Shown here: piece by piece, positions 8,164-16,104 of the stretch
Numbering within the stretch: the first letter of the stretch is position 1
How the letters are laid out: each line of letters begins with the position of its first letter
Origin: Candidatus Saccharimonadota bacterium
GTDB taxonomy: Bacteria; Patescibacteriota; Microgenomatia; UBA1406; GWC2-37-13
Direction: 5' to 3'
Length of the DNA stretch: 32,000 nt
NCBI GenBank assembly: GCA_016699265.1
Contig: CP064967.1
Coordinates: 570,001 to 602,000, forward strand
The notes under the pieces: generated by a model
The model's input: only the letters and a program-made list of their open reading frames with translations
Databases searched by the model: none
Told to the model about the DNA's origin: nothing
Program-made: the position numbers and the translations under genes

Positions 8164-8634
8164 ATGAAAGCACATCAACTAAAGATACAGCTAACTCAGG
8201 ATGGATTTGAGAAACTGCAAGCAGAGTTGAAGGATCTTAAAGAAAACAAAAAGCCTGCGGCAGTAGCACGATTATCCAAAGCAAGGTCCATGGGAGATCT
8301 CTCTGAGAATAGTGAATATCACGCAGCAAAGGAAGAGCTCGCCTATGCAGCGGGTCGTGTGAGTGAGGTTGAGACGATACTGAAGTATGCGAAGGTGGTT
8401 GCAGCGACAGGCTCTAAGCACAAAATTTCGTTGGGATCAAAGGTAAAAGTGATGACAGAAAATGGTGAGGAAGAATATGAAATTGTTGGAGAGTTTGAGG
8501 CAAACCCTGTTGAACGGAAGTTGTCTGCAACCTCCCCTATCGGTAAGGCTCTTCTCAATAAAGCGGTTGGAGAGACCGCAGATATCTCTGTTCCAGCAGG
8601 AACAAAGACCTACACTGTTGTTGATATTAACTGA
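8164..8634 (+). CDS. greA: Transcription elongation factor GreA
   Basis: MKAHQLKIQLTQDGFEKLQAELKDL ... GDLSENSEYHAAKEE, of GreA length when started at ATG 8164. The track's 8086 start is an upstream TTG extension. Confidence 0.9.
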   Translation: MKAHQLKIQLTQDGFEKLQAELKDLKENKKPAAVARLSKARSMGDLSENSEYHAAKEELAYAAGRVSEVETILKYAKVVAATGSKHKISLGSKVKVMTENGEEEYEIVGEFEANPVERKLSATSPIGKALLNKAVGETADISVPAGTKTYTVVDIN

Positions 8635-8648
8635 TCGTTTGCTATACT
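8621..8648 (+). promoter_or_regulatory. Sigma70-like promoter of the T-box leader
   Basis: TTGATA (8621-8626), 16-nt spacer, TATACT (8643-8648). Overlaps the greA 3' end. Confidence 0.5.
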
Positions 8649-8654
8649 CATTTC

Positions 8655-8884
8655 TTAAATACGTAGCGAACTAAGAATCGCATTGCTTGATTATCCGCCA
8701 AGAAGCGTACAAGCACGTAGCAGGAAGAAAAGGCCCACCATCTCCGCCCACGGCGAGATTTGACGAGCCGTAGTAGAACCTGACGGGTATAAGCCCGTAA
8801 CAGCAGTTAAGAGAAGTAATCAGGGTGGTACCACGCTTCATTCAATGAAACGTCCTTGAAAATAATATTTTCCAAGGATTTTAT
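8655..8884 (+). promoter_or_regulatory. T-box leader (tRNA-sensing riboswitch), putatively tRNA-Lys specific
   Basis: T-box sequence TAATCAGGGTGGTACCACG (8817-8835). The antiterminator is AGGG 8822-8825 / CCTT 8854-8857 plus ACG 8833-8835 / CGT 8851-8853, flanking a 7-nt TGGTACC bulge (8826-8832). A mutually exclusive terminator follows, and the leader lies upstream of an aaRS gene. Confidence 0.85.
8853..8882 (+). terminator. Intrinsic terminator of the T-box expression platform
   Basis: TCCTTGAAAAT (8853-8863) pairs with ATTTT-C-CAAGGA (8867-8878, one bulged C) and is followed by TTTT (8879-8882). The 3' arm contains the AAGGA Shine-Dalgarno of the next ORF. Confidence 0.75.
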
Positions 8885-9175
8885 ATGGTCGAACATAGAG
8901 AACATAAAGGTAGACATGTGCGTACAATCATTGTAAGAACACCCACCGAAGTTGAATTTATAACGGTTCAGTCTAGGCTGTCTATTGTCCCAGGTACAAA
9001 AACAACTTCCTTTACTTGGGGAGATCAGTCGGGCCTTCTATTGAATGGTCATCCAACAGAAATACGACACCTGTATGGAACTGTAAAATTTGGAGAACTT
9101 GATCCGGATGGATACGTTAGACTAATATTAACAACTCCGCATCTAACTGCGGTAATATATAACGCACATTTATGA
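8885..9175 (+). CDS. Hypothetical 96-aa protein, first gene downstream of the T-box
   Basis: Intact ORF with AAGGA 6 nt upstream of its ATG. Its stop overlaps the reconstructed lysK ATG (ATGA at 9172-9175). No family recognised. Confidence 0.55.
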   Translation: MVEHREHKGRHVRTIIVRTPTEVEFITVQSRLSIVPGTKTTSFTWGDQSGLLLNGHPTEIRHLYGTVKFGELDPDGYVRLILTTPHLTAVIYNAHL

Positions 9176-11500
9176 TCTGGGTAGATAGAGAAGTTAAAAA
9201 ATCAAAGAACTCAACCTTCCACAGGTGTGGATCGATGATATGAAGACGCCATCTGGTCGTGTGCATGTTGGCGCTCTTCGTGGTGTTGTGATTCACGATC
9301 TTTTATATAAAGCTTTTACCGAGCAGGATGATGATGTGAATTTTAGCTATGTCTTCAACAACATGGATCAGATGGATGCTATTCCCTCATACCTTGACTA
9401 TGAGAAATGGGAAAAATATGCAGGAATGCCTCTTTACAAAATTCCATCACCAGAACAAGGATTTGCTAACTTTGCAGAGTTCTATGCTAAGGAGTTTATA
9501 ACGGTTTTTGAATCAATCAACTGCCATCCGAAAATCATCTGGTCATCGGACCTATATGAGTCTGGTAAGATGAATGACGTTATTCGAGAAGCTCTCGACA
9601 AAGCAGCTAAAATCAGAGAACTCTACAAAACGATCTCAAAATCTGTGAGGCCTGACAACTGGTATCCATTTCAAATAATCTGTGAGAACTGTGGAAAAGT
9701 TGGAACAACTTCTGTTACGGGTTGGGATGGAACAAATGTTACCTATGTCTGTAATCCTGAGATGGTAGCCTGGGCAGAGGGATGTGGTAACAAGGTTCTA
9801 GAAGTCCATTCGATGGAAATGGCAAACTTCATGGAAGGTGGACTGGCCAGCACATTGGAAAAAATTGGCGTAACTATTGAAGGATCTGGAAAGATCATAT
9901 GTCTGCTGGAGGCTCGTACGACCTCTCATCATCGATAGCACGTGAGGCTCTTGGTTACGAAGCACCGTACGCACCCGCATATGAATGGTTTACAATAGGT
10001 GGGGCAAAAATGTCCTCTTCAAAAGGAATTGGAACCTCGGCAAAGGACGCTGCTGCAATTCTACCTCCCGATATCTTAAGATTTTTACTCGTGCGAACTC
10101 CTATCGAACGGTCTATTGACTTCAATCCCTTTGGAGATACTATTCCAAATATCTTCGATGACTACGATCGCTGTTTTTCTGCTTACTTTGACAAACTAGA
10201 AAATAAAGTACCAGAAGGTAAACAAGGCGAGGTAATTGAGGACTTTGCACGAATTGCAGAACTTTCACAGGTTAGACCTCTCCCAATGACAAGAATGTTT
10301 CTGCCAAGATTCAGAACTATCGTTAATCTTTTAAAAACGAGAGTTGAGATACTTGAATTTTTTGAAAAACAAAAAGGATCCGCATTAAATGATTATGAAA
10401 AAGAACTACTTGAGGAAAGAATAATTTACGCAGAAGGATATCTCAAAGCCTACGCAGAGGATGCGGATAAGGTAGAGCTTCTCGAGTCATTACCTGACGG
10501 TCTTGCACTTACCGAAAGTCAAAAAACGTTCTTACAGCTTCTCGGCACCGAACTTAAAAAACTAGCGACCGATGATAGAATGGCAATTCAGGACATTGTT
10601 TTTACAATTCTAAAAGAAAATAATCTTCAGGCTAAAGAAGTTTTCAAGGCATTTTATCAGATCCTTATTGGTAAGGAGTTCGGACCCAAGGCAGCAGATC
10701 TCATACTTGAGTTTGGTGTGAAAACAGTAATCTCTCGAATCGACAAAGTATTTGAGGAAAAAAATATTGATCATCCCGATAAGATAGATTCACTCTTCCC
10801 TATCTTAAAAGACTCTGACCTTTTTTCCATCGACGATTCAGTTCTTAGCAAATTCTCGTCTATTACTGTCGGAGTTGCAGTAATCAAGGGAGTAACGATA
10901 GGTAAATCGCCTCCTGAACTACAGAAGGAGATCGACGATTTTCTAACTCAGATGGGCATCCTTACTACAGAAATGATAAGTAGTTATCCTGAGATAAAAA
11001 GCTACCGAAAGCTATATAAGGCTACCGGTGTCGACTGGCATTCTCGAAGGCCATCACCTGAAGCCTTGCTCAGACGCTACGCCTTAAAAAAGGAGATACC
11101 GTCTATTAATTCATGTGTCGGTGCCTATAACCTGATCGTGATGAAACATAGAATTTCTGTTGGAGCGTTTGATCTTGATCAATTAAGTCTACCGACGATA
11201 CTTAGATTTGCAAAGGAAGGCGAGGATATTCATTTACTTGGGGATGTAGAGCCAACTAAGTATGGGGCAGGTGAATTGGCCTACTTCGATCAGCTCGGGG
11301 GATACAATATTGATTTTAATTACCGCGACTCCAAGCACTCAGCCGTTACTGAAAGAACGAGAGATATCTTAATAAATACGGAGGGTGTATTCGACATATC
11401 TCCAAAGCAGGTTGAGCAAGTGTTGAAGGAGACGATTGAGATTATCACAAAGTACTGTGGTGGTACCGTAGAGAAGGTCGGCATCGTCACCGAAACTTGA
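9172..11500 (+). CDS. lysK: Class I lysyl-tRNA synthetase fused to a C-terminal B3/4 (PheRS-beta-like) domain, with five apparent frame breaks
   Basis: Reconstructed product: MIWVDREVKK|IKELNLPQVWIDDMKTPSGRVHVGALRG ... GCGNK|GSRSPFDGNGKL|WKVDWPAHWKK|IGVTIEGSGK|DHMSAGGSYD ... KMSSSKG (KMSKS-type). Corrections are needed near 9196-9201, 9792-9795, 9830, 9859-9864 and 9893. The last ~230 aa match the solo B3/4 family pattern (RPSPEALLRRYALKKEIPSINSCVGAYNLIVMKHRISVGAFDLD). Confidence 0.85.
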
Positions 11501-11505
11501 CACAT

Positions 11506-12072
11506 ATGATTACACGAGATAAAGCTCTAGAGATCGTTAACTCTAAACTAACTACGAAGAATTTAATCAGTCATTGTCTAGCTACTGAAGCTTCTATGAG
11601 GGCTCTAGCTAAACACTTCAATGAAGATCCGGACAGGTGGGGACTTGTAGGCCTTATGCATGATGCTGACTGGGATGTCACCCGAAACGATATCGACCAA
11701 CATACTCACGAAACAGTAAAGTGGCTTAAAGAGGCAGGAGAAGATGATGAGTCTGTGCTTCAGGCAATTCTGTCACATAATTACAAGAACAATGGAGCAA
11801 ACCCCCCACAAAATAATATGGAGTGGTCTCTCTATTGTTGCGATGAACTTACTGGCTTTATTGTTGCAGTTGCGCTTATTCGACCCGAAAAGAAGTTGGA
11901 GTTAGTAGAAGTGAAATCGATTCTCAAGCGCTTTCCTCAAAAGGCGTTTGCTGCAGGGGTGCATCGGGAACAAATTCAACTCTGTGAAGAAAAACTAGGA
12001 ATCAAACTCGAAGAATTCGTTACCCTCACACTAAATGCAATGAAAGAAATCTCTCCCTCAATCGGCCTTTAA
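11506..12072 (+). CDS. HD-domain metal-dependent phosphohydrolase
   Basis: The H...HD signature (ISHCLATEA ... GLMHDADWD) in an all-helical small protein. ATG 11506 is preferred over the TTG at 11497 that overlaps the lysK stop. Confidence 0.7.
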   Translation: MITRDKALEIVNSKLTTKNLISHCLATEASMRALAKHFNEDPDRWGLVGLMHDADWDVTRNDIDQHTHETVKWLKEAGEDDESVLQAILSHNYKNNGANPPQNNMEWSLYCCDELTGFIVAVALIRPEKKLELVEVKSILKRFPQKAFAAGVHREQIQLCEEKLGIKLEEFVTLTLNAMKEISPSIGL

Positions 12073-12076
12073 CCGT

Positions 12077-12105
12077 ACTTCATTATTATATAAAAATGAA
12101 GTTTT
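12077..12105 (+). terminator. Hairpin plus T-tract between the convergent HD gene and pyrF
   Basis: ACTTCAT (12077-12083) / ATGAAGT (12096-12102) with a 12-nt AT loop, followed by TTT. Confidence 0.45.
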
Positions 12106-12868
12106 AACGATACCAATTGATTTGATCACGCAGCATCATTGCTTCACGTCGTGGATTTTCAGCAAATATTATTCCTCTTGAGGAGTTAATTATTAACCCT
12201 GCTCCCTTTGAGTTTTTCCCAGCTTCTACAAACTCCTGCACGTTTCCACCTTGCGCACCAACTCCAGGAACCAACATAGTCATGTCGTCAACTATCTTTC
12301 TCATCTGAACTAATTCATTTGCGAAGGTGGCACCCATAAAAATCATTGTATTTGGATTTTTTCCGTGAGCCTTCACCAAGTTTCTTGCAACTAAGTGATA
12401 TAGTGGCATACCATTTACCTTCTGTTCCTGAAACTCCTTACTACCAGGATTTGAGGAATGACAGCCCACAATAAGCCCCTTATCAATGTTTTTGAAAAAA
12501 ACATCTAGCGATTCTATACCCATGTATGGCATGATTGTCATAGCATCTGCCTCTAAATACTTAAAGGCATATGACGCATAGCCCTCATTCGTATTTCCAA
12601 TATCCCCTCTCTTTGCGTCAAGAATCACAGGTATCATTGGATATTTTTTATGTATGTAATCAATTGTTTTTTTTAACTCTACTACTCCCTTAGCGCCATA
12701 AGCTTCGTAAAAAGCTGGGTTAGGTTTAAATGCACAGACCAAGTCATGAGTTTGGTCTATGATTTTTTTATTGAAAGAAAATAAAGGAGTCTTTACCGGA
12801 TCCAAACCCACACAAAGTAAAGAATTATTTTGGGATATTGCTTTTTTAAGCTTTTGATGAAAACTCAT
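12104..12868 (-). CDS. pyrF: Orotidine 5'-phosphate decarboxylase
   Basis: 254-aa ORF with LCVGLDP and DAKRGDIGNT motifs. ATGA overlap with pyrE at 12865-12868. Confidence 0.9.
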   Translation of the reverse strand: MSFHQKLKKAISQNNSLLCVGLDPVKTPLFSFNKKIIDQTHDLVCAFKPNPAFYEAYGAKGVVELKKTIDYIHKKYPMIPVILDAKRGDIGNTNEGYASYAFKYLEADAMTIMPYMGIESLDVFFKNIDKGLIVGCHSSNPGSKEFQEQKVNGMPLYHLVARNLVKAHGKNPNTMIFMGATFANELVQMRKIVDDMTMLVPGVGAQGGNVQEFVEAGKNSKGAGLIINSSRGIIFAENPRREAMMLRDQINWYR

Positions 12869-13491
12869 AGTCCTTTGCGTTCTCTATCTATTGCTTTTTG
12901 CTGATCCTTAGATAGATTGCTCCAGATTATATCAATAAGCTCATCTCTTGTGATGAGATAGTGAGTTTCGAATGTGCTCTCTTTGGGTTGTCGAATAAAT
13001 CCTACAAAGATTTGTACATCCTTAATTTTATGAAATGTCCCTCTAACCAAATCACCAACATTCTTTGCAGTTCCATCTCCCCCGGTCATCACATCATCGG
13101 GGATTGCCACCGGCAAATTCCAATTTAAATCTCCTGACAGCTGCTGTTGCTCACCCTTTTCTACTGCTGTTAATTCTTTTGATTTAAAAATAATTTGTGG
13201 TTTATCTAGTTTATAGGCCAGTGATCCAACCAACTGAGCACTTATTTTAGAATCGACATTACAAAGAATGAATTCTTTATGACCATACTCCTCAATCAAT
13301 AAATATGAAATACCATCAATAAACGCTTTATAAGCCTTTGAAGAAGAAGCAAGCTTACGCTGATCCAGATACATGTAAGATTTTTTTCCGCCTCTCAGTG
13401 TGTATGGATTTTCCTTGACAGATTTAACGAGAAATGAATCAGTTGCCAATAGCCCCTCAATATATTGTTTCTTAACATCATCAAATATCAT
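12865..13491 (-). CDS. pyrE: Orotate phosphoribosyltransferase-like type I PRTase
   Basis: YTLRGGKKSYMYLDQRKL N-terminal pattern and the PRPP loop VAIPDDVMTGGDGTAKNV. Translationally coupled to pyrF. Confidence 0.7.
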   Translation of the reverse strand: MIFDDVKKQYIEGLLATDSFLVKSVKENPYTLRGGKKSYMYLDQRKLASSSKAYKAFIDGISYLLIEEYGHKEFILCNVDSKISAQLVGSLAYKLDKPQIIFKSKELTAVEKGEQQQLSGDLNWNLPVAIPDDVMTGGDGTAKNVGDLVRGTFHKIKDVQIFVGFIRQPKESTFETHYLITRDELIDIIWSNLSKDQQKAIDRERKGL

Positions 13492-13526
13492 TGTGATATT
13501 TTACTTTATATAGTATTATTTTGCTC
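13492..13526. promoter_or_regulatory. Compact bidirectional promoter region (pyrE-pyrF leftward, EamA-pyrD rightward)
   Basis: Rightward: TTGTGA (13491-13496), 17 nt, TATTAT (13514-13519), 7 nt, ATG 13527. Leftward: TAAAAT (reverse complement of 13498-13503), 6 nt before the pyrE ATG at 13491. Confidence 0.45.
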
Positions 13527-13961
13527 ATGCTTGAAAGTTGGAAAATCATTGCGGTACTAACTCCCATCGCATTCGTTGTATACCAATCACTCTCAAAAAT
13601 GCTTCCGAAAAATGTACCTGTGTTTCTAGTTACCGCATATGCATCTTTAATCGGAGCGCTCGTTATGTTTTCGATTCATCTTGTAACCTCATCCAACAAA
13701 TCTCTAAACTTAACAGGGAAAAGCCTAGCCCTAGCATTACTCATCGGATTATTTATCGTCTCAGGAAATTTTCTTATCGTGAAAGCGTATTCTCTTGGAG
13801 CACCTCAGTCTACCTTTACCGCAATGTTTTACCCGGTCCTTATCATTCTTGGAGTTCTGGCTGGAGTAGTAATTTGGCATGAAAAATTAAATGCTCTTCA
13901 GGTACTCGGTATGGCATTATCAGTCGTTGGTGTAGTTCTCATTAGCTATTTCAGAAAATAA
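13527..13961 (+). CDS. Small EamA/DMT-superfamily membrane transporter (single EamA repeat)
   Basis: About 144 aa with four or five hydrophobic helices and the C-terminal pattern WHEKLNALQVLGMALSVVGVVLI, typical of EamA domains. The TTG at 13521 is an alternative start. Confidence 0.65.
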   Translation: MLESWKIIAVLTPIAFVVYQSLSKMLPKNVPVFLVTAYASLIGALVMFSIHLVTSSNKSLNLTGKSLALALLIGLFIVSGNFLIVKAYSLGAPQSTFTAMFYPVLIILGVLAGVVIWHEKLNALQVLGMALSVVGVVLISYFRK

Positions 13962-13962
13962 T

Positions 13963-15049
13963 ATGTTAAAAATGCCTTTTTACGATCCCACTATTTCTTA
14001 TGAGGATAACTATGAACTCGGCCCCTTTGGTGATTTTGCAAACGATAAAGTTTATAAGCATAAAGGTAAACCTAAAGCAGTTTTTTTAAAACAAAAAAGT
14101 TTATCTTCCATTTGGAATCCCCCCTGGTCCTGTTCTTAACAGTAGATACGTCAAAAGCTCATTTGAGAAAAGGGTTCGATATTGTCGTCAAGGTACAAAA
14201 CCGTACGCAGCAGCTATTACCCTTGCCATCCCTACCCAAACGTTCTTCCTCTCCAGCTTAATGGAGATCTCACACTCAAGAAAGCCTCTGGAAAACTCAA
14301 AATCAAAAAGAATATGGTAATCCTCTCTCGATTACCAACTCATTTGGAGTTCCATCTAAAGGATCCGTATTTTTGGCAAGCAGACGTAAAGCGTTCACTT
14401 TCCTATGCTGGAGAAGGTCAAGTTCTTGTCTTGAGCTTTATGGAACAGTCAAGAAAGATCAGACCGAGCGAGAATTTGTTTCAGACTTTGCACATACTGC
14501 TCGAATGTCATATGAAACAGGAGCAAAGGTTCTCGAGGTAAACCTGTCATGCCCGAATGTAGAAACGAGGGGCTTGTATGCTATAACCTAGCTGTTACTG
14601 CAAAAATTCTGAAAGCAATTCGAGGTGAAATTGGAAATCGATCACTCATCGTGAAGGTCGGCTATTATAAAGAGATCGCAGTTCTTGAGAAGATGGCTGA
14701 GATCGTAAATGAATATGCAGACGATATTGCAGGAATCAATACCATCCCTGCGGAAGTAATAAACGTGAAGGGTGAACAGGCACTTCCTGGACCAAATAGG
14801 CTGAAGAGTGGCGTATGTGGGCATGCAATTAAATGGGCGGCTCTCGAAACCTCAGTTTCAAATCTTAAGGAAATTAAAGAGACCTCGAAACTTTAAGTTC
14901 TCCATTACAGGTGTGGGAGGAGTAACCATTCCGAAGGACTATTTTGAGTTTAGATGAAAGCTGGAGCAGACGTCGTAATGAGTGCGACCGGAGCAATGTG
15001 GAATCCATTACTTGCTCAGCAGATAAAAGCGAAACTTAAGAAGAAATAA
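13963..15049 (+). pseudogene. pyrD: Class 1-type dihydroorotate dehydrogenase, readable only across about nine frame switches
   Basis: Conceptual product stitched from all three frames: VYLPFGIPPGPVLNS ... GFDIVV.YKTVRS ... YGNPLSITNSFGVPSK ... DPYFWQADV ... AKVLEVNLSCPNV ... IVKVGYY ... FSITGVGGV ... KAGADVVMSATGAMWNP. I saw no in-frame stops once the frames are corrected. Confidence 0.75.
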
Positions 15050-16104
15050 TCTTTCCAGAACCTCGTTTTGCTAACATCTTCCCGTCTTTATATACTTCCT
15101 TTCCTCGCAGTACAACCCGTTGTACTTTTCCTCTCGCCTTCCATCCATTGAACGGAGACCAACCGCACTTAGTAAATAGATTCGTATTTCGTATGACGTA
15201 TTCAATATCTCGTATCTCGATGTATGTGTTTTTTTGTTCAGGTAGATTAAATATCCTTTTAGGGTTGTCGTGGCACTTCTCAATAATCTGCTTCAAAGGT
15301 TATTCTCTTTTTATACATTGACGTAAGTAGTAATGGGAGCGTTGTCTCTACACCAGGAACCCCAAATGGAGGGGTAACCGAGCGCTTTTCCTTTAGCGTA
15401 TGAGGTGCGTGGTCTGATTCAATGACATCAATATATTTGAGATTTTTCCAGAGGAATTTTTGATCTGATTTTGTTTTTAATGATGGCTTCATTAACCCGA
15501 GTGCACCCAACCTCTTCACATCCGATGTGGAGAGAAATAAATGATGCGGACATACTCCACAGGTGATTGGCAATCCTTTATTCTTTGCCTTGATGATCGG
15601 TTCCAATTCAGCTTGAGATGAGATATGGCAGATATGAGTGGGGTGTTTGATCTCTTTTAAGACCTTCGTGACATCTCCCATAACATCCTCCTCAGCGTGT
15701 AGAAGTATTGGTTTAGTTTTTGTTAGTCTATGCCATGCTTTATAGATCTTTTTCATAGCGGCAACATCGATAATAAAACCACCCGTTGTTTGATTGAGAT
15801 ACAGCTTAAGCCCAACGACCTTTTTGTATATCTTGCCTAATTCATCAAAATCATTGCCCAAAGAGCCTAAATGGAATCCTATATCACAAACAGCTTTAGA
15901 CTTTGCACTTTTGATTTTCGACTTTAATGCTCGACGCGATACGATCGGATCGGCATTGTTCGGCATATCGAGAACCATCGTGTAACCTCCAGCAAGCGAG
16001 GCAGCAGTACCTGTAAAGAAGTCTTCCTTATGAGTCTGTCCTGGATCGCGAAAGTGAACATGCACGTCTATCAATCCTGGTAATCTCAGTTGACTGCTTT
16101 TCAT
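15036..16104 (-). CDS. pyrC: Dihydroorotase, with one apparent frame break
   Basis: LPGLIDVHVHFRDPG metal-binding start, DMPNN and SDHAPH. Fragments 15280..16104 and 15036..15296 join as KKRITLKQIIEKCHDNP if one base is removed from the run at 15295-15297. Confidence 0.88.

Noticed and set aside
11497-11505. TTG start of the HD-domain gene overlapping the lysK stop
   Set aside because: An in-frame ATG follows 9 nt downstream (11506). I cannot distinguish the two starts from sequence alone, so I chose the ATG and note the alternative.
15036-15049. 14-nt convergent overlap of the pyrD and pyrC 3' ends, considered as an antisense regulatory feature
   Set aside because: Short convergent overlaps are common in compact genomes, and the pyrD reading frame here is itself uncertain.
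15455-15468. TTCC-AGA-GGAA mini-hairpin in pyrC resembling hairpin 1 of the element
   Set aside because: It has only 4 bp, is AT-flanked and has no second hairpin. It encodes an ordinary FLWK segment of dihydroorotase.
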